This document shows positions 8,839 to 15,665 of a stretch of 40,343 nt of DNA, piece after piece. How positions within the stretch are numbered: the first letter of the stretch is position 1; each line of letters begins with the position of its first letter. Origin of the DNA: a virus; IMG/VR virus record IMGVR_UViG_3300045988_036893, positions 1 to 40,343 of that record, one strand, 5' to 3'. The notes under the pieces were generated by a model. It was not told where the DNA came from. It did not search any database and saw only the letters and a list, made by a program, of their open reading frames with translations. The translations under genes and the position numbers were made by a program.

Positions 8839-9253
8839 AAATAATATTCACCGTTCCCGCGCTCTCTTGCTTCGGCTTGTCATCCCATCCAAAATTTGCC
8901 CGCAAACTGAACTGTGCGCCGCCGGAGCCGTCTTTGTCGTACAATCTTTCTTCGGCGTACTGTTCGCAACGGGCCTTTGCACGCGTAATCGTGTCATTGA
9001 ACTCTGGTTTGTTTTGATAATTCAAAAGCGCCTGCCTTGATGCAAAACCAAGTGCAAGCGCCAATCCTGTCACAGTAGGCGGTTTTTTATCGTCATAGAT
9101 AATATAGCCGTTTTTATTTCGCATCGGTTCTCCGTTATCGTCTAAAAACGGCTTTCCTTTACAGGCTTCAAAGTAGGCATCAATCTTTTCTTGCATTGCC
9201 TTTACGCTTCTGTATTTAGGTGGTGCGCCCCCCGGATTTTTTCTTGATGCCAC
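8819..9253 (-). CDS. terS: terminase small subunit
   Basis: GTG start at 9253 with GAGGTG upstream. The segment PPTVTGLALALGFASRQALLNY is HTH-like, as is typical of small terminases. Confidence 0.8.
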   Translation of the reverse strand: MASRKNPGGAPPKYRSVKAMQEKIDAYFEACKGKPFLDDNGEPMRNKNGYIIYDDKKPPTVTGLALALGFASRQALLNYQNKPEFNDTITRAKARCEQYAEERLYDKDGSGGAQFSLRANFGWDDKPKQESAGTVNIIYDVPRE

Positions 9254-9274
9254 TTTATCACCTCGCTTTACAAC

Positions 9275-9302
9275 ACAAAAAGCCCACACAATTTGTGTAG
9301 GC
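9275..9302 (-). terminator. rho-independent terminator 22 nt upstream of the terS start
   Basis: Minus strand reads GCCTACAC-AAATT-GTGTGGGC followed by TTTTTGTGTTG. Confidence 0.7.
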
Positions 9303-9708
9303 TTATATCCCCCCAAAACCCCTTTGCGCCGGAGGAAAAGCGCGTTCCCGCCCTGTCGGTTTATGCCGTGCCGACCTCACCCGTTGCGGTGAGCAAATCC
9401 GCAACGCTTTTGTACAGTCAGAATTTAACGTGCCTGCTGTCCACACGCTTTTTTCATCCGCTGCATTTATCCCCCGCGTGCGGATTCGCGGTTCTGCTTT
9501 GATGTAATGGGTTTCGGCGATGCGTAACGGCGTCAGTAACAGCGTTCGCACAAGCAGATGCCGGGCAGACTTTTTCAGGCTCTCGAAGTCCCGTTGCGAC
9601 CTGCCATCGCGCCGCGCTCCTTATCGGCTTGCCGCTTTGCTTACAGCGTTCATGTTAGCTATCGCGTTTCCTGCGCCGGGCTTTCACCGGTGGGAGCGAC
9701 CCAGCTTT
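9303..9708 (-). ncRNA. candidate large structured non-coding RNA (about 400 nt body)
   Basis: No credible ORF is present (track ORFs here lack an RBS and are Arg/Cys/Pro-rich). Hairpins are dense, including GAAA loops, a long-range 7-bp helix (9552-9558 with 9493-9499), and mutually exclusive helices at 9376-9406. Confidence 0.4.
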
Positions 9709-9792
9709 CGCCAACAGCAGGATTTGAACCTACAACTAAACCCGCAGCTATGCTGTCATGAGGCCCGGCTTTACCAGTTAAGCTATGTTGGC
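9709..9792 (-). other. tRNA-like element lacking a canonical anticodon arm
   Basis: It has a perfect acceptor stem GCCAACA/TGTTGGC, a D arm GCTT-AACTGGTA-AAGC and a T arm GTAGG-TTCAAAT-CCTGC. The 34 nt between them (containing CTCATGA) form only a 4-bp hairpin. No CCA is encoded. Confidence 0.4.
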
Positions 9793-9894
9793 ATATAAAT
9801 GCGCGGCAGTTGCGCGTGTTGCACGGTGTGCAAGTTATAAGCAAGTTAATATTTAACGTATTAACGCGCTATATTTTAAAACTTGTCACAAACT

Positions 9895-9920
9895 TACACG
9901 CTTTTGCAAATTGCGTGTAA
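9895..9920 (-). promoter_or_regulatory. inverted repeat TTACACGC-N10-GCGTGTAA containing a 15-mer shared with 30086..30100
   Basis: GCAAATTGCGTGTAA (9906-9920) recurs exactly at 30086-30100. Both copies are in AT-rich gaps upstream (minus sense) of late units. Confidence 0.45.
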
Positions 9921-9941
9921 CAGAGGCTTGCCGCGATCTGT

Positions 9942-10259
9942 TCACTCTACAGGCTCGTATGTCTTTTCAAAGATGCCCGGCTTGCACGGATACTGTTCAC
10001 CGCCCACACCAGTGATAATCCAGTCACCGGGAGCAGCGTGCATAACGCCTTCCAGCGTAAAAATATCAAGTTCTTCCTCCGTCTGGTACGCTTCAATGAC
10101 AACCGGCTTTTTCCTAAAATACATAGGCGTCACATCCTGCTTGCTTTTCGGCCCTTCCTCTTTTTTCTTGGCTTCTTCCTCTTCCTCGCGGCGGTGTCTG
10201 GAAATCGTGTTCTGCATATGGATTGCGCCAACGATAGCGCCGACAGGAATATACGGCAT
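9942..10259 (-). CDS. hypothetical protein (105 aa) with conserved small phage C-terminal domain
   Basis: ATG at 10259 follows GGAG. The C-terminus reads [29 protein letters not shown], a motif I recall from small phage proteins. Confidence 0.6.
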   Translation of the reverse strand: MPYIPVGAIVGAIHMQNTISRHRREEEEEAKKKEEGPKSKQDVTPMYFRKKPVVIEAYQTEEELDIFTLEGVMHAAPGDWIITGVGGEQYPCKPGIFEKTYEPVE

Positions 10260-10375
10260 AGGTCTCCGTCCTTTCTCTCCGACATAAATGTCGGGAACAT
10301 CTAAAAAATAAGGCTCATGCTTTCTGCCTTGCAAGTTTCTTCGGCAAGCCATACCAGCACAAGCCTGTTCAGAAC

Positions 10376-10426
10376 CCGCCACATGGTACGCACTGTTAGT
10401 AGGCGTATGGCGGTTGCCTAACGGGG
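10376..10426 (-). ncRNA. structured RNA motif, copy A (invariant 18-mer inside a covarying outer stem)
   Basis: The outer stem pairs CCGCCA (10376-10381) with TGGCGG (10408-10413). The core CGCACTGTTAGTAGGCGT (10389-10406) is identical to copy B. Confidence 0.5.
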
Positions 10427-10476
10427 AACACAATTGCCGCGTCCGGCCCTGCTACCTTTACCCGTATCATCGGCCT

Positions 10477-10552
10477 TGGTGCTGAATCGAGGACTTGAAC
10501 CCCGAACCCCCTGATTACAAAACAGGTTCTCTACCAGTTGAGATAATCCAGC
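10477..10552 (-). tRNA. tRNA-Thr (anticodon UGU), CCA encoded
   Basis: I folded the cloverleaf by hand: 7-bp acceptor stem (one G-U), D arm TCTC/GAGA, anticodon loop TTTGTAA, T loop TTCAAGT. Length is 76 nt. Confidence 0.8.
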
Positions 10553-10640
10553 ATGTGCGGCTTACCGTTTGCACGGTCATTGTCATCGTTTGTGAGGTAT
10601 GCCGCGCACGCTCACACAGACTAGGAGCTACCTATTCATC

Positions 10641-10714
10641 TGGCACGGGTGGAAGGTCTTGACCCCTCATCTTGCGGTTTTGGAGACCGCAGTTCTGCAT
10701 TGAACTACACCCGC
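10641..10714 (-). tRNA. tRNA-Trp (anticodon CCA), CCA encoded, non-canonical D and T loops
   Basis: The acceptor is GCGGGTG/CACCCGT (G1-U72), the anticodon arm is GCGGT-CTCCAAA-ACCGC, and the T loop GTCAAGA is atypical. Length is 74 nt. Confidence 0.6.
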
Positions 10715-10719
10715 ATAAA

Positions 10720-10777
10720 CCCCCGCAGTTTGCGCACTGTTAGTAGGCGTGCTGGGGGGTGCCTATCTGGCTACCCC
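10720..10777 (-). ncRNA. structured RNA motif, copy B
   Basis: It carries the same 18-mer at 10733-10750. The outer stem is CCCCCGCAG/GCTGGGGGG (compensatory relative to copy A). Adjacent hairpin GGGGT-AGCCAGATAGGC-ACCCC competes for the G/C run. Confidence 0.5.
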
Positions 10778-10817
10778 GGCAAGCGTACCTGACGGGTAAC
10801 CCCGGCAAGCGTACCTG
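10773..10817 (-). repeat. 19-mer ACCCCGGCAAGCGTACCTG repeated twice (26-bp period), each forming a hairpin
   Basis: The exact copies are at 10773-10791 and 10799-10817. The second forms CCGGCA-AGCGTACC-TGCCGG. Confidence 0.7.
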
Positions 10818-10928
10818 CCGGATATATAGCCAGAGTCATCGGCGTTGGAGCCGCACATAGGTCTCACACCATTTCTACGCGGTCGCTTCTAAGCGTAGCG
10901 CCCTTATCTTGCGATTGGCTATGCGGCA

Positions 10929-10952
10929 TATAAAATGCCGGTCTTTCCCGGC
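10929..10952 (-). terminator. terminator-like hairpin downstream of the late activator gene
   Basis: Minus strand reads GCCGG-GAAAGA-CCGGC followed by ATTTTAT. The T-run is short, so it would be weak. Confidence 0.35.
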
Positions 10953-11057
10953 TGCCAGCTATGAGAATAGGAGAATTGAAACAATAAAGAAAAGAGGTTT
11001 TAGCAATGTCGTATGCTGTCCCGTTCTTACATCATCCAGCATATCTATAATAACAGG

Positions 11058-11489
11058 TTAAAAGTGAACTGGAGTGCACAGATTTTCAATTGCAGCGCGG
11101 TGTAATTTTTTTGCCCATCGCTCGGAAATATTTAGATTTATAGCAATCTTCCACCAATACGGTGTGCCGACAATATACCGCTCCCGCAAAACATCCCGCT
11201 GCATTTGGTTTTGCACAGAGTTTATTGCGGTTTCAATTTCTTCCCGTTGCATCTCGGTGTCAATAATCTGCTTGTATAGAGCTTCTTGGCGCTCCATGAT
11301 TCTGCAAACGGCATCCTCGATTTTATTTTTACCGCCAGCAGACACCACAACGGGGGATAACGCTTTAGTTGTCGCTGCTGCTCGTTCACGTTCGCTCTGT
11401 ATCTGCTGGCGCAGCTGTCGTTCATGATTTCTGCTGCGTTGGTATCTCCATAGCCACGTTTTCTTTTGGTTGAATTCTTCTCGAGTCAT
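11058..11489 (-). CDS. sigma-70 region-4-like late transcriptional activator (RinA/ArpU/DUF1492-like)
   Basis: ATG at 11489 follows AAAGGAG. The C-terminus reads RDVLRERYIVGTPYWWKIAINLNISERWAKKLHRAAIENL. It is the last regulatory gene before the packaging region. Confidence 0.6.
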   Translation of the reverse strand: MTREEFNQKKTWLWRYQRSRNHERQLRQQIQSERERAAATTKALSPVVVSAGGKNKIEDAVCRIMERQEALYKQIIDTEMQREEIETAINSVQNQMQRDVLRERYIVGTPYWWKIAINLNISERWAKKLHRAAIENLCTPVHF

Positions 11490-11610
11490 TGTTTCTCCTT
11501 TCTTCAAGTTTCATGCAGCGCGGCAGCGTGCAAATATTGCCATTTTTCCACTCGCATGTCGCGCAAAGATGTTTGCGGGCGTATTCATCAACTAATTGCT
11601 GTTTTGTCAT
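11422..11610 (-). CDS. small Cys-rich hypothetical protein (62 aa)
   Basis: It has a GGAGGTG RBS and ATGA overlap with the upstream gene. It overlaps the next start by 68 nt. Confidence 0.5.
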   Translation of the reverse strand: MTKQQLVDEYARKHLCATCEWKNGNICTLPRCMKLEERRNNDSRRIQPKENVAMEIPTQQKS

Positions 11611-12008
11611 GGGGTCACCTCCGGGGGTTCGGGGAGCGGCAGTTCTGTCCATGCGAGGACTTTTGTTCTAGTTCCGCGCGTAGGCTCACCGTCCCATTGA
11701 CCATTGAAAAAATGTCCACGATCCATCGTGCGGTACATGCGGTTGTATTTACCATAACGGAAGTATTCGTAGTAGCACAGGTATTCGCCGTTTTCTTTAG
11801 GCGGGTCATTTTGTGCATCGTGCCAAACGGTTGCTTTAGAATCCTCGATAGCGTCCAGTTTTTCTAACGCATCGCGGATCACTTTTACGGCGTTCTGGTA
11901 GCAATCGCATTCGTGGCAGTGACCCTTGTCGAGACCCTGCACGCAATCACTGCAAAATCCGTATTTTATGGCGATGTTAAAGGCTCGTTCGTATGCTTTG
12001 TTAGTCAT
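11607..12008 (-). CDS. hypothetical protein, DUF551-like C-terminal half
   Basis: It is 133 aa. The segment WHDAQNDPPKENGEYLC resembles the DUF551 pattern (from memory). Confidence 0.55.
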   Translation of the reverse strand: MTNKAYERAFNIAIKYGFCSDCVQGLDKGHCHECDCYQNAVKVIRDALEKLDAIEDSKATVWHDAQNDPPKENGEYLCYYEYFRYGKYNRMYRTMDRGHFFNGQWDGEPTRGTRTKVLAWTELPLPEPPEVTP

Positions 12009-12283
12009 TTTCGTTCACCATCCTTTGCGTTATGCACAGCAAAAAGAATTGCTTCTCTTATTGCTTCATCGATGCAGCCTTGTAGGCTGATACGGTTCTC
12101 GGCAACGACGGGCATTTCGGCCAATGCTCCACGGTAATACCGCGTTTTTCGCACTTCCCATTTTCCATTCCAATAGTCAATGGAGTAGCCGTAGACGAGT
12201 GACGAATAACCGGCACCACTCGATGCCCCAGTTTTTACGAAGTAGCTTTCACGAGTTACCCAAGGGTTCTTATAGACTTTCAT
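12005..12283 (-). CDS. hypothetical protein (92 aa)
   Basis: ATGA overlaps occur at both ends within the tightly packed operon. Confidence 0.6.
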   Translation of the reverse strand: MKVYKNPWVTRESYFVKTGASSGAGYSSLVYGYSIDYWNGKWEVRKTRYYRGALAEMPVVAENRISLQGCIDEAIREAILFAVHNAKDGERK

Positions 12284-12363
12284 TCAGCGTTCTCCATTCT
12301 TGCACTGCAATGCGGACAATAGTTATACGATTTTACCAGCACTGTGCCGTAGTCTTCGTCCAT
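12280..12363 (-). CDS. micro-ORF (27 aa, MDEDYGTVLVKSYNYCPHCSARMENAE)
   Basis: It is not in the track (under 60 aa). It exactly fills the gap, with a TGATG overlap upstream and an ATGA overlap downstream. Confidence 0.4.
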   Translation of the reverse strand: MDEDYGTVLVKSYNYCPHCSARMENAE

Positions 12364-12512
12364 CAGTCTTCACCTCCGTGTGTATGCTCCATGTTGATAT
12401 CTTCTTCCCGCTTCTGCGTGGCTTCCCGGCCAGCGGATACGCCCAGGGCGTAGAATACAACAAACATGGCGGCAAGCGCTGCACCGCCGATAATATTTGC
12501 TAGGATGGTCAT
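12363..12512 (-). CDS. small membrane protein (49 aa)
   Basis: ATG at 12512 overlaps the upstream stop (ATGA). It contains the TM segment ILANIIGGAALAAMFVVFYALGV. Confidence 0.55.
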   Translation of the reverse strand: MTILANIIGGAALAAMFVVFYALGVSAGREATQKREEDINMEHTHGGED

Positions 12513-13096
12513 TCTGACACCTCTTCTACATACGCCATGTTCTGGCGCAGATTGAGGGATTTCGGATTGAGAACACAAGCCGGGGCAACAGCGCCGCAGT
12601 TGCACGCACCGTAGTTGTACAGCAGACCACCCGCGTTCACAGTGCGAACGATGCTCGATCCTCCCGCGTCGGAATCCTTATCACCGCAGCCCCAAGGCGT
12701 GGCAGTCCAAATCAATCTGTCGTAGTGCGGGATGTAATCACGGTACTTGCGGTGCTCGTCACAAGTCAAGATAAAAACAGAGTCATGTACAGTGCCATAA
12801 GCTCTGTCTCCGTTGTCTGCTACAAGGTCAACGGTATGCAAAAGCAGACTTTCTTTATCGAAAACAGCGTTCGCCATAATATCTAGAATCCCCCGCACAT
12901 TACTGGTGCGGTAGTTATTCCAGTTACCTTTTTCATCGGCAAATTTAGCACTTGGGCAGAACTTTACATCTTTTGCCCACGGCGTTGCCATAATAGCCAA
13001 CACACCGCCGTCAGGGTGGTTCGGGTCAAGGCAGACCCACTCGTAATTCTTGAACATAAAGTGTTCGCCGGGGAGTAAAGTTGTGATGTTAGTCAT
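12509..13096 (-). CDS. hypothetical protein, DUF6273-like
   Basis: ATG at 13096 follows GGAGGTG. The C-terminal pattern ...TPWGCGDKD...VRTVNAGGLLYNYGACNCGAVAPACVLNP recalls DUF6273 (from memory). Confidence 0.55.
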   Translation of the reverse strand: MTNITTLLPGEHFMFKNYEWVCLDPNHPDGGVLAIMATPWAKDVKFCPSAKFADEKGNWNNYRTSNVRGILDIMANAVFDKESLLLHTVDLVADNGDRAYGTVHDSVFILTCDEHRKYRDYIPHYDRLIWTATPWGCGDKDSDAGGSSIVRTVNAGGLLYNYGACNCGAVAPACVLNPKSLNLRQNMAYVEEVSE

Positions 13097-13442
13097 TGTT
13101 GGGCACCTCCGTGAGCCAGTAGTCTTTTGCGCAGGTTCCACATTTAATTAAATAGTTATCGTCTGTGCAGCATTTAGAATCTATATCACACGGACGAATC
13201 GCAAGAACTCCGTTACTGTCTAGTTTTGCGTTTGGGAACCGCTTCAAAAACTCACTCTGGCGGGTCTTGACTGGGTGGTCTTTCGCCCATTGCTCAACTT
13301 TTGAAATTGTTTCCTCAATGTTTTTAACTGAATCGTCATCGAACCCAACCATGCAACACCCTTCTTTCGCAACAGGGCATACATTGCAACCTTGATTTTT
13401 GCATAACCTGTTTGCCGTCTTGAAAAATTTAACTGCGTCCAT
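13089..13442 (-). CDS. Cys-rich hypothetical protein (117 aa)
   Basis: ATG at 13442 follows TAAGGAG. Confidence 0.6.
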   Translation of the reverse strand: MDAVKFFKTANRLCKNQGCNVCPVAKEGCCMVGFDDDSVKNIEETISKVEQWAKDHPVKTRQSEFLKRFPNAKLDSNGVLAIRPCDIDSKCCTDDNYLIKCGTCAKDYWLTEVPNND

Positions 13443-13453
13443 AGTCTCACTCC

Positions 13454-13810
13454 TTACCAATTTTCGTTTAACAAATTTGCTCTTATAGCTACAAAATCTC
13501 CGTTTTCTATTGCGCGATCTACCAGCTTCCCAATGCTTTCCCAACAGTATACATTGCGTTTTCTTTTTCTTACAAAAGTTGCAAGGTGTTTTGCCTGTTC
13601 AGATGTGATCGTCATATCCTTTCCGTAAAAATCGCGTTCCGGTTCTTTCTCTCGTATTTCATAGGGCACATAATAGCCGATTTTTTCGAGATACTCTTTC
13701 CAGACACGGCCGCCGGAATTCACATAGTCGCGGAGTGTTCCTTTGATGGGATTTCCGCAGTGCGGGCACTTGTCCACATCGCAGCGGCTGACTGTGATAA
13801 CTAATCCCAT
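13454..13810 (-). CDS. hypothetical protein with CxxC zinc-ribbon-like N-terminus
   Basis: It has a GAGGGGG RBS, is 118 aa, and contains CPHCGNP. Confidence 0.6.
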   Translation of the reverse strand: MGLVITVSRCDVDKCPHCGNPIKGTLRDYVNSGGRVWKEYLEKIGYYVPYEIREKEPERDFYGKDMTITSEQAKHLATFVRKRKRNVYCWESIGKLVDRAIENGDFVAIRANLLNENW

Positions 13811-13822
13811 TACAATACCCCC

Positions 13823-14212
13823 TCATTCAATATCTGCAATGCTTTCCACAAAGCAGTTGTAGTAAATATACCGCTTTCCGTCAAAGTCGAATTTCACGTA
13901 ACCGTCGTTATCGCTTATATCAATTTTGCCTTTATACTGAGCGAGCTGCTTTCCGTCGGCTGTATAAACGGTCACAATACGCTCGATGCCGTTTTGCAAG
14001 TTGCTTTTCTGGTCTAACATTGCGCGTTGCCCTGCAGCGGTATTTGCATAATACCAATGAAATCCCAGAATTATAGCACCACAAATCGCGATTGTAACTA
14101 GCGTCCCGATAATTTTTGCAGCGGAGCTATAAGTGTCATAAAGGAAAAAGGCAGCCATAAAAATAATAAAAGCAACTAAAAAACTTGCCACTATCCATGC
14201 AATAATTGGCAT
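13823..14212 (-). CDS. membrane protein (two TM segments plus a soluble C-terminal domain)
   Basis: ATG at 14212 follows AAGGAG. The track start at 14230 has no RBS. Confidence 0.6.
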   Translation of the reverse strand: MPIIAWIVASFLVAFIIFMAAFFLYDTYSSAAKIIGTLVTIAICGAIILGFHWYYANTAAGQRAMLDQKSNLQNGIERIVTVYTADGKQLAQYKGKIDISDNDGYVKFDFDGKRYIYYNCFVESIADIE

Positions 14213-14216
14213 AAAA

Positions 14217-14510
14217 TCACTCCTTGTCATACCCGCGCTTCACATACTGTCCGTAGGAGATGTCCAGCGCGGCGGCTTCTCTTACGCATTGTTCAATGGA
14301 TTTGATGCGGGGTTTCAGTGCTGCCGCTTTATCCGGCTTTTTTGCCTGCATGGCAGAAATAACGCCTTGCTGCTGCGCTTTCTTTTTCTCGTAGTTCTGC
14401 TTTGCCTTTTGCCTTGCTTTTTCTTTTATGCAAGCATCGCAGAACCGCTTGCAGGGCTGCACGTCCCACATCATCTTGCCGCATTTCTCGCAGAATTTAG
14501 ATACTGTCAT
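14217..14510 (-). CDS. zinc-ribbon hypothetical protein (97 aa)
   Basis: It has CEKCGK...CKRFCDAC and ATGA overlap with the upstream gene. Confidence 0.6.
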   Translation of the reverse strand: MTVSKFCEKCGKMMWDVQPCKRFCDACIKEKARQKAKQNYEKKKAQQQGVISAMQAKKPDKAAALKPRIKSIEQCVREAAALDISYGQYVKRGYDKE

Positions 14511-14725
14511 AGCTTTAAATCATCATCCTTTGTGACTTCCATTTCTGTCCCGTCTGGAAATTTCCGCGTGCGTTTAAACTCCGCAAAATGAATGCACTGA
14601 TTCATAATGTCCTCGCGCTTAATGTCCAATGCGGCGAGCATTTCAAGCGTTGAAAAGCCTTCCACCTCGGTCTTGATTTCCATCTGCTCATCATAAGCAG
14701 TGCAGATAATGCTAAATCTTTTCAT
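14507..14725 (-). CDS. hypothetical protein (72 aa)
   Basis: It has a GGAGGAG RBS and ATGA overlap. Confidence 0.6.
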   Translation of the reverse strand: MKRFSIICTAYDEQMEIKTEVEGFSTLEMLAALDIKREDIMNQCIHFAEFKRTRKFPDGTEMEVTKDDDLKL

Positions 14726-15080
14726 AACGGCTCCTCCGTCTTTTTTGCATCAATGCCGATGCCCTGTAGTGTTACCTGTGCCCAAAGGTCTGCAAGCTGG
14801 TCGTTGCGGTACTCATTGTATTTGTCGGCTACCGGGCCGGTCATGTAATTCTGGATTTTAACCAACGTCCGGCGGGATAACCCCGCCTGATAACAGGCCA
14901 GCAAGCAAAGATATGTTGCCCTCGTGGCAATGTCGTTGCGCTCGTGGCAATGTCGTTGCGCTCTTTCATTACCGCTTCATAGGCGCGGGATTGAATGTCC
15001 TTGATTTTCTCTTCGGCATATTCGTCAACGGCTTTCTGCAATGCCGGGGTAGGGTGTAGTCTTGCTTTCACGTCTTTCAA
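14722..15080 (-). pseudogene. hypothetical gene split by a 20-bp tandem duplication (would be 112 aa without one copy)
   Basis: Track ORFs 14841..15080 and 14722..14904 become one frame if one 20-mer is removed (359-20=339 nt). I verified this by hand translation. Confidence 0.7.
14921..14960. repeat. exact 20-bp tandem duplication CTCGTGGCAATGTCGTTGCG x2
   Basis: Read directly. The copies are at 14921-14940 and 14941-14960. Confidence 0.95.
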
Positions 15081-15283
15081 CTCTTTCCTGTTTTATATAA
15101 TCCGTATTTTCTGACATCGCGGCGGATTTTAATTCCGCGCTCTGCATCTGCCGCGTCCGCTGCAGCATCTGCAAGCCGCTGTGCGCGGATTTTCTCAAAC
15201 ATGGCCGCATACTCGCCGTAGCGATTGCAAGCGCTGTGGCAGTGCGCATGGCGGTCTGGGCAGTCTTTACAGGGGCTGGTCAT
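15077..15283 (-). CDS. Cys/His-rich hypothetical protein (68 aa)
   Basis: ATG at 15283 has GAGGAG upstream. The N-terminus reads MTSPCKDCPDRHAHCHSACNRYGEY. Confidence 0.55.
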   Translation of the reverse strand: MTSPCKDCPDRHAHCHSACNRYGEYAAMFEKIRAQRLADAAADAADAERGIKIRRDVRKYGLYKTGKS

Positions 15284-15665
15284 CGTCCGACATCTCCTCA
15301 ATAAAAATTTCGGTGCGGGGGTTGGTTTTGTCATACAGTACGCGGGAGCCGTCCACGCTGGCAATGATGGTGTTGTTGTCGTCTGCAAGGATTTTGGCGG
15401 CTACAAGGGTGTCATGGGAAGCTTCCATTAAGTTCGTGAGGTCTACTTTGCGGCGGGTTGGCATGTAAAATACCGTGGCAACGCGGTAGCGGCCTGCCAG
15501 CGGGGCTTTCGGCTTTGGGGTGAGATACCACATGGCTGCCTGTTCGTACTTCTTGTACTGCTTGCTTGGGGCTATGAACGGCTTGCCGGTGCGGTGGTTG
15601 GTAAGTATCTGCTGAGAGTTCTTCTTGGTGATAGGGGGCAGGGAGATTATGTATTTTTGTATCAC
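15267..15665 (-). CDS. rusA: RusA-family Holliday junction resolvase
   Basis: It is 132 aa. The motif VDLTNLMEASHDTLVAAKILADDN matches the RusA acidic catalytic pattern. Confidence 0.75.
   Translation of the reverse strand: MIQKYIISLPPITKKNSQQILTNHRTGKPFIAPSKQYKKYEQAAMWYLTPKPKAPLAGRYRVATVFYMPTRRKVDLTNLMEASHDTLVAAKILADDNNTIIASVDGSRVLYDKTNPRTEIFIEEMSDDDQPL

Noticed and set aside
9303-9844. Track ORFs 9303..9551, 9520..9798, 9558..9761 and 9659..9844.
   Set aside because: None has an RBS and their compositions are Arg/Cys/Pro-rich. They overlap one another and the tRNA-like element. The region is better explained as structured RNA.
10773-10817. Whether the repeated 19-mers are a CRISPR array.
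   Set aside because: There are only two copies separated by 7 nt. There are no spacer-sized intervals, no further repeats and no cas genes anywhere in the genome.
10846-10927. A possible third tRNA (7-bp acceptor-like stem GCCGCAT/GTGCGGC ending in T-CCA).
   Set aside because: It has no 5-bp/7-nt anticodon arm (only a 6-bp stem with a 12-nt loop) and no TTCRA-type T loop. It is not callable as a tRNA by hand and is reported only as part of the structured island.
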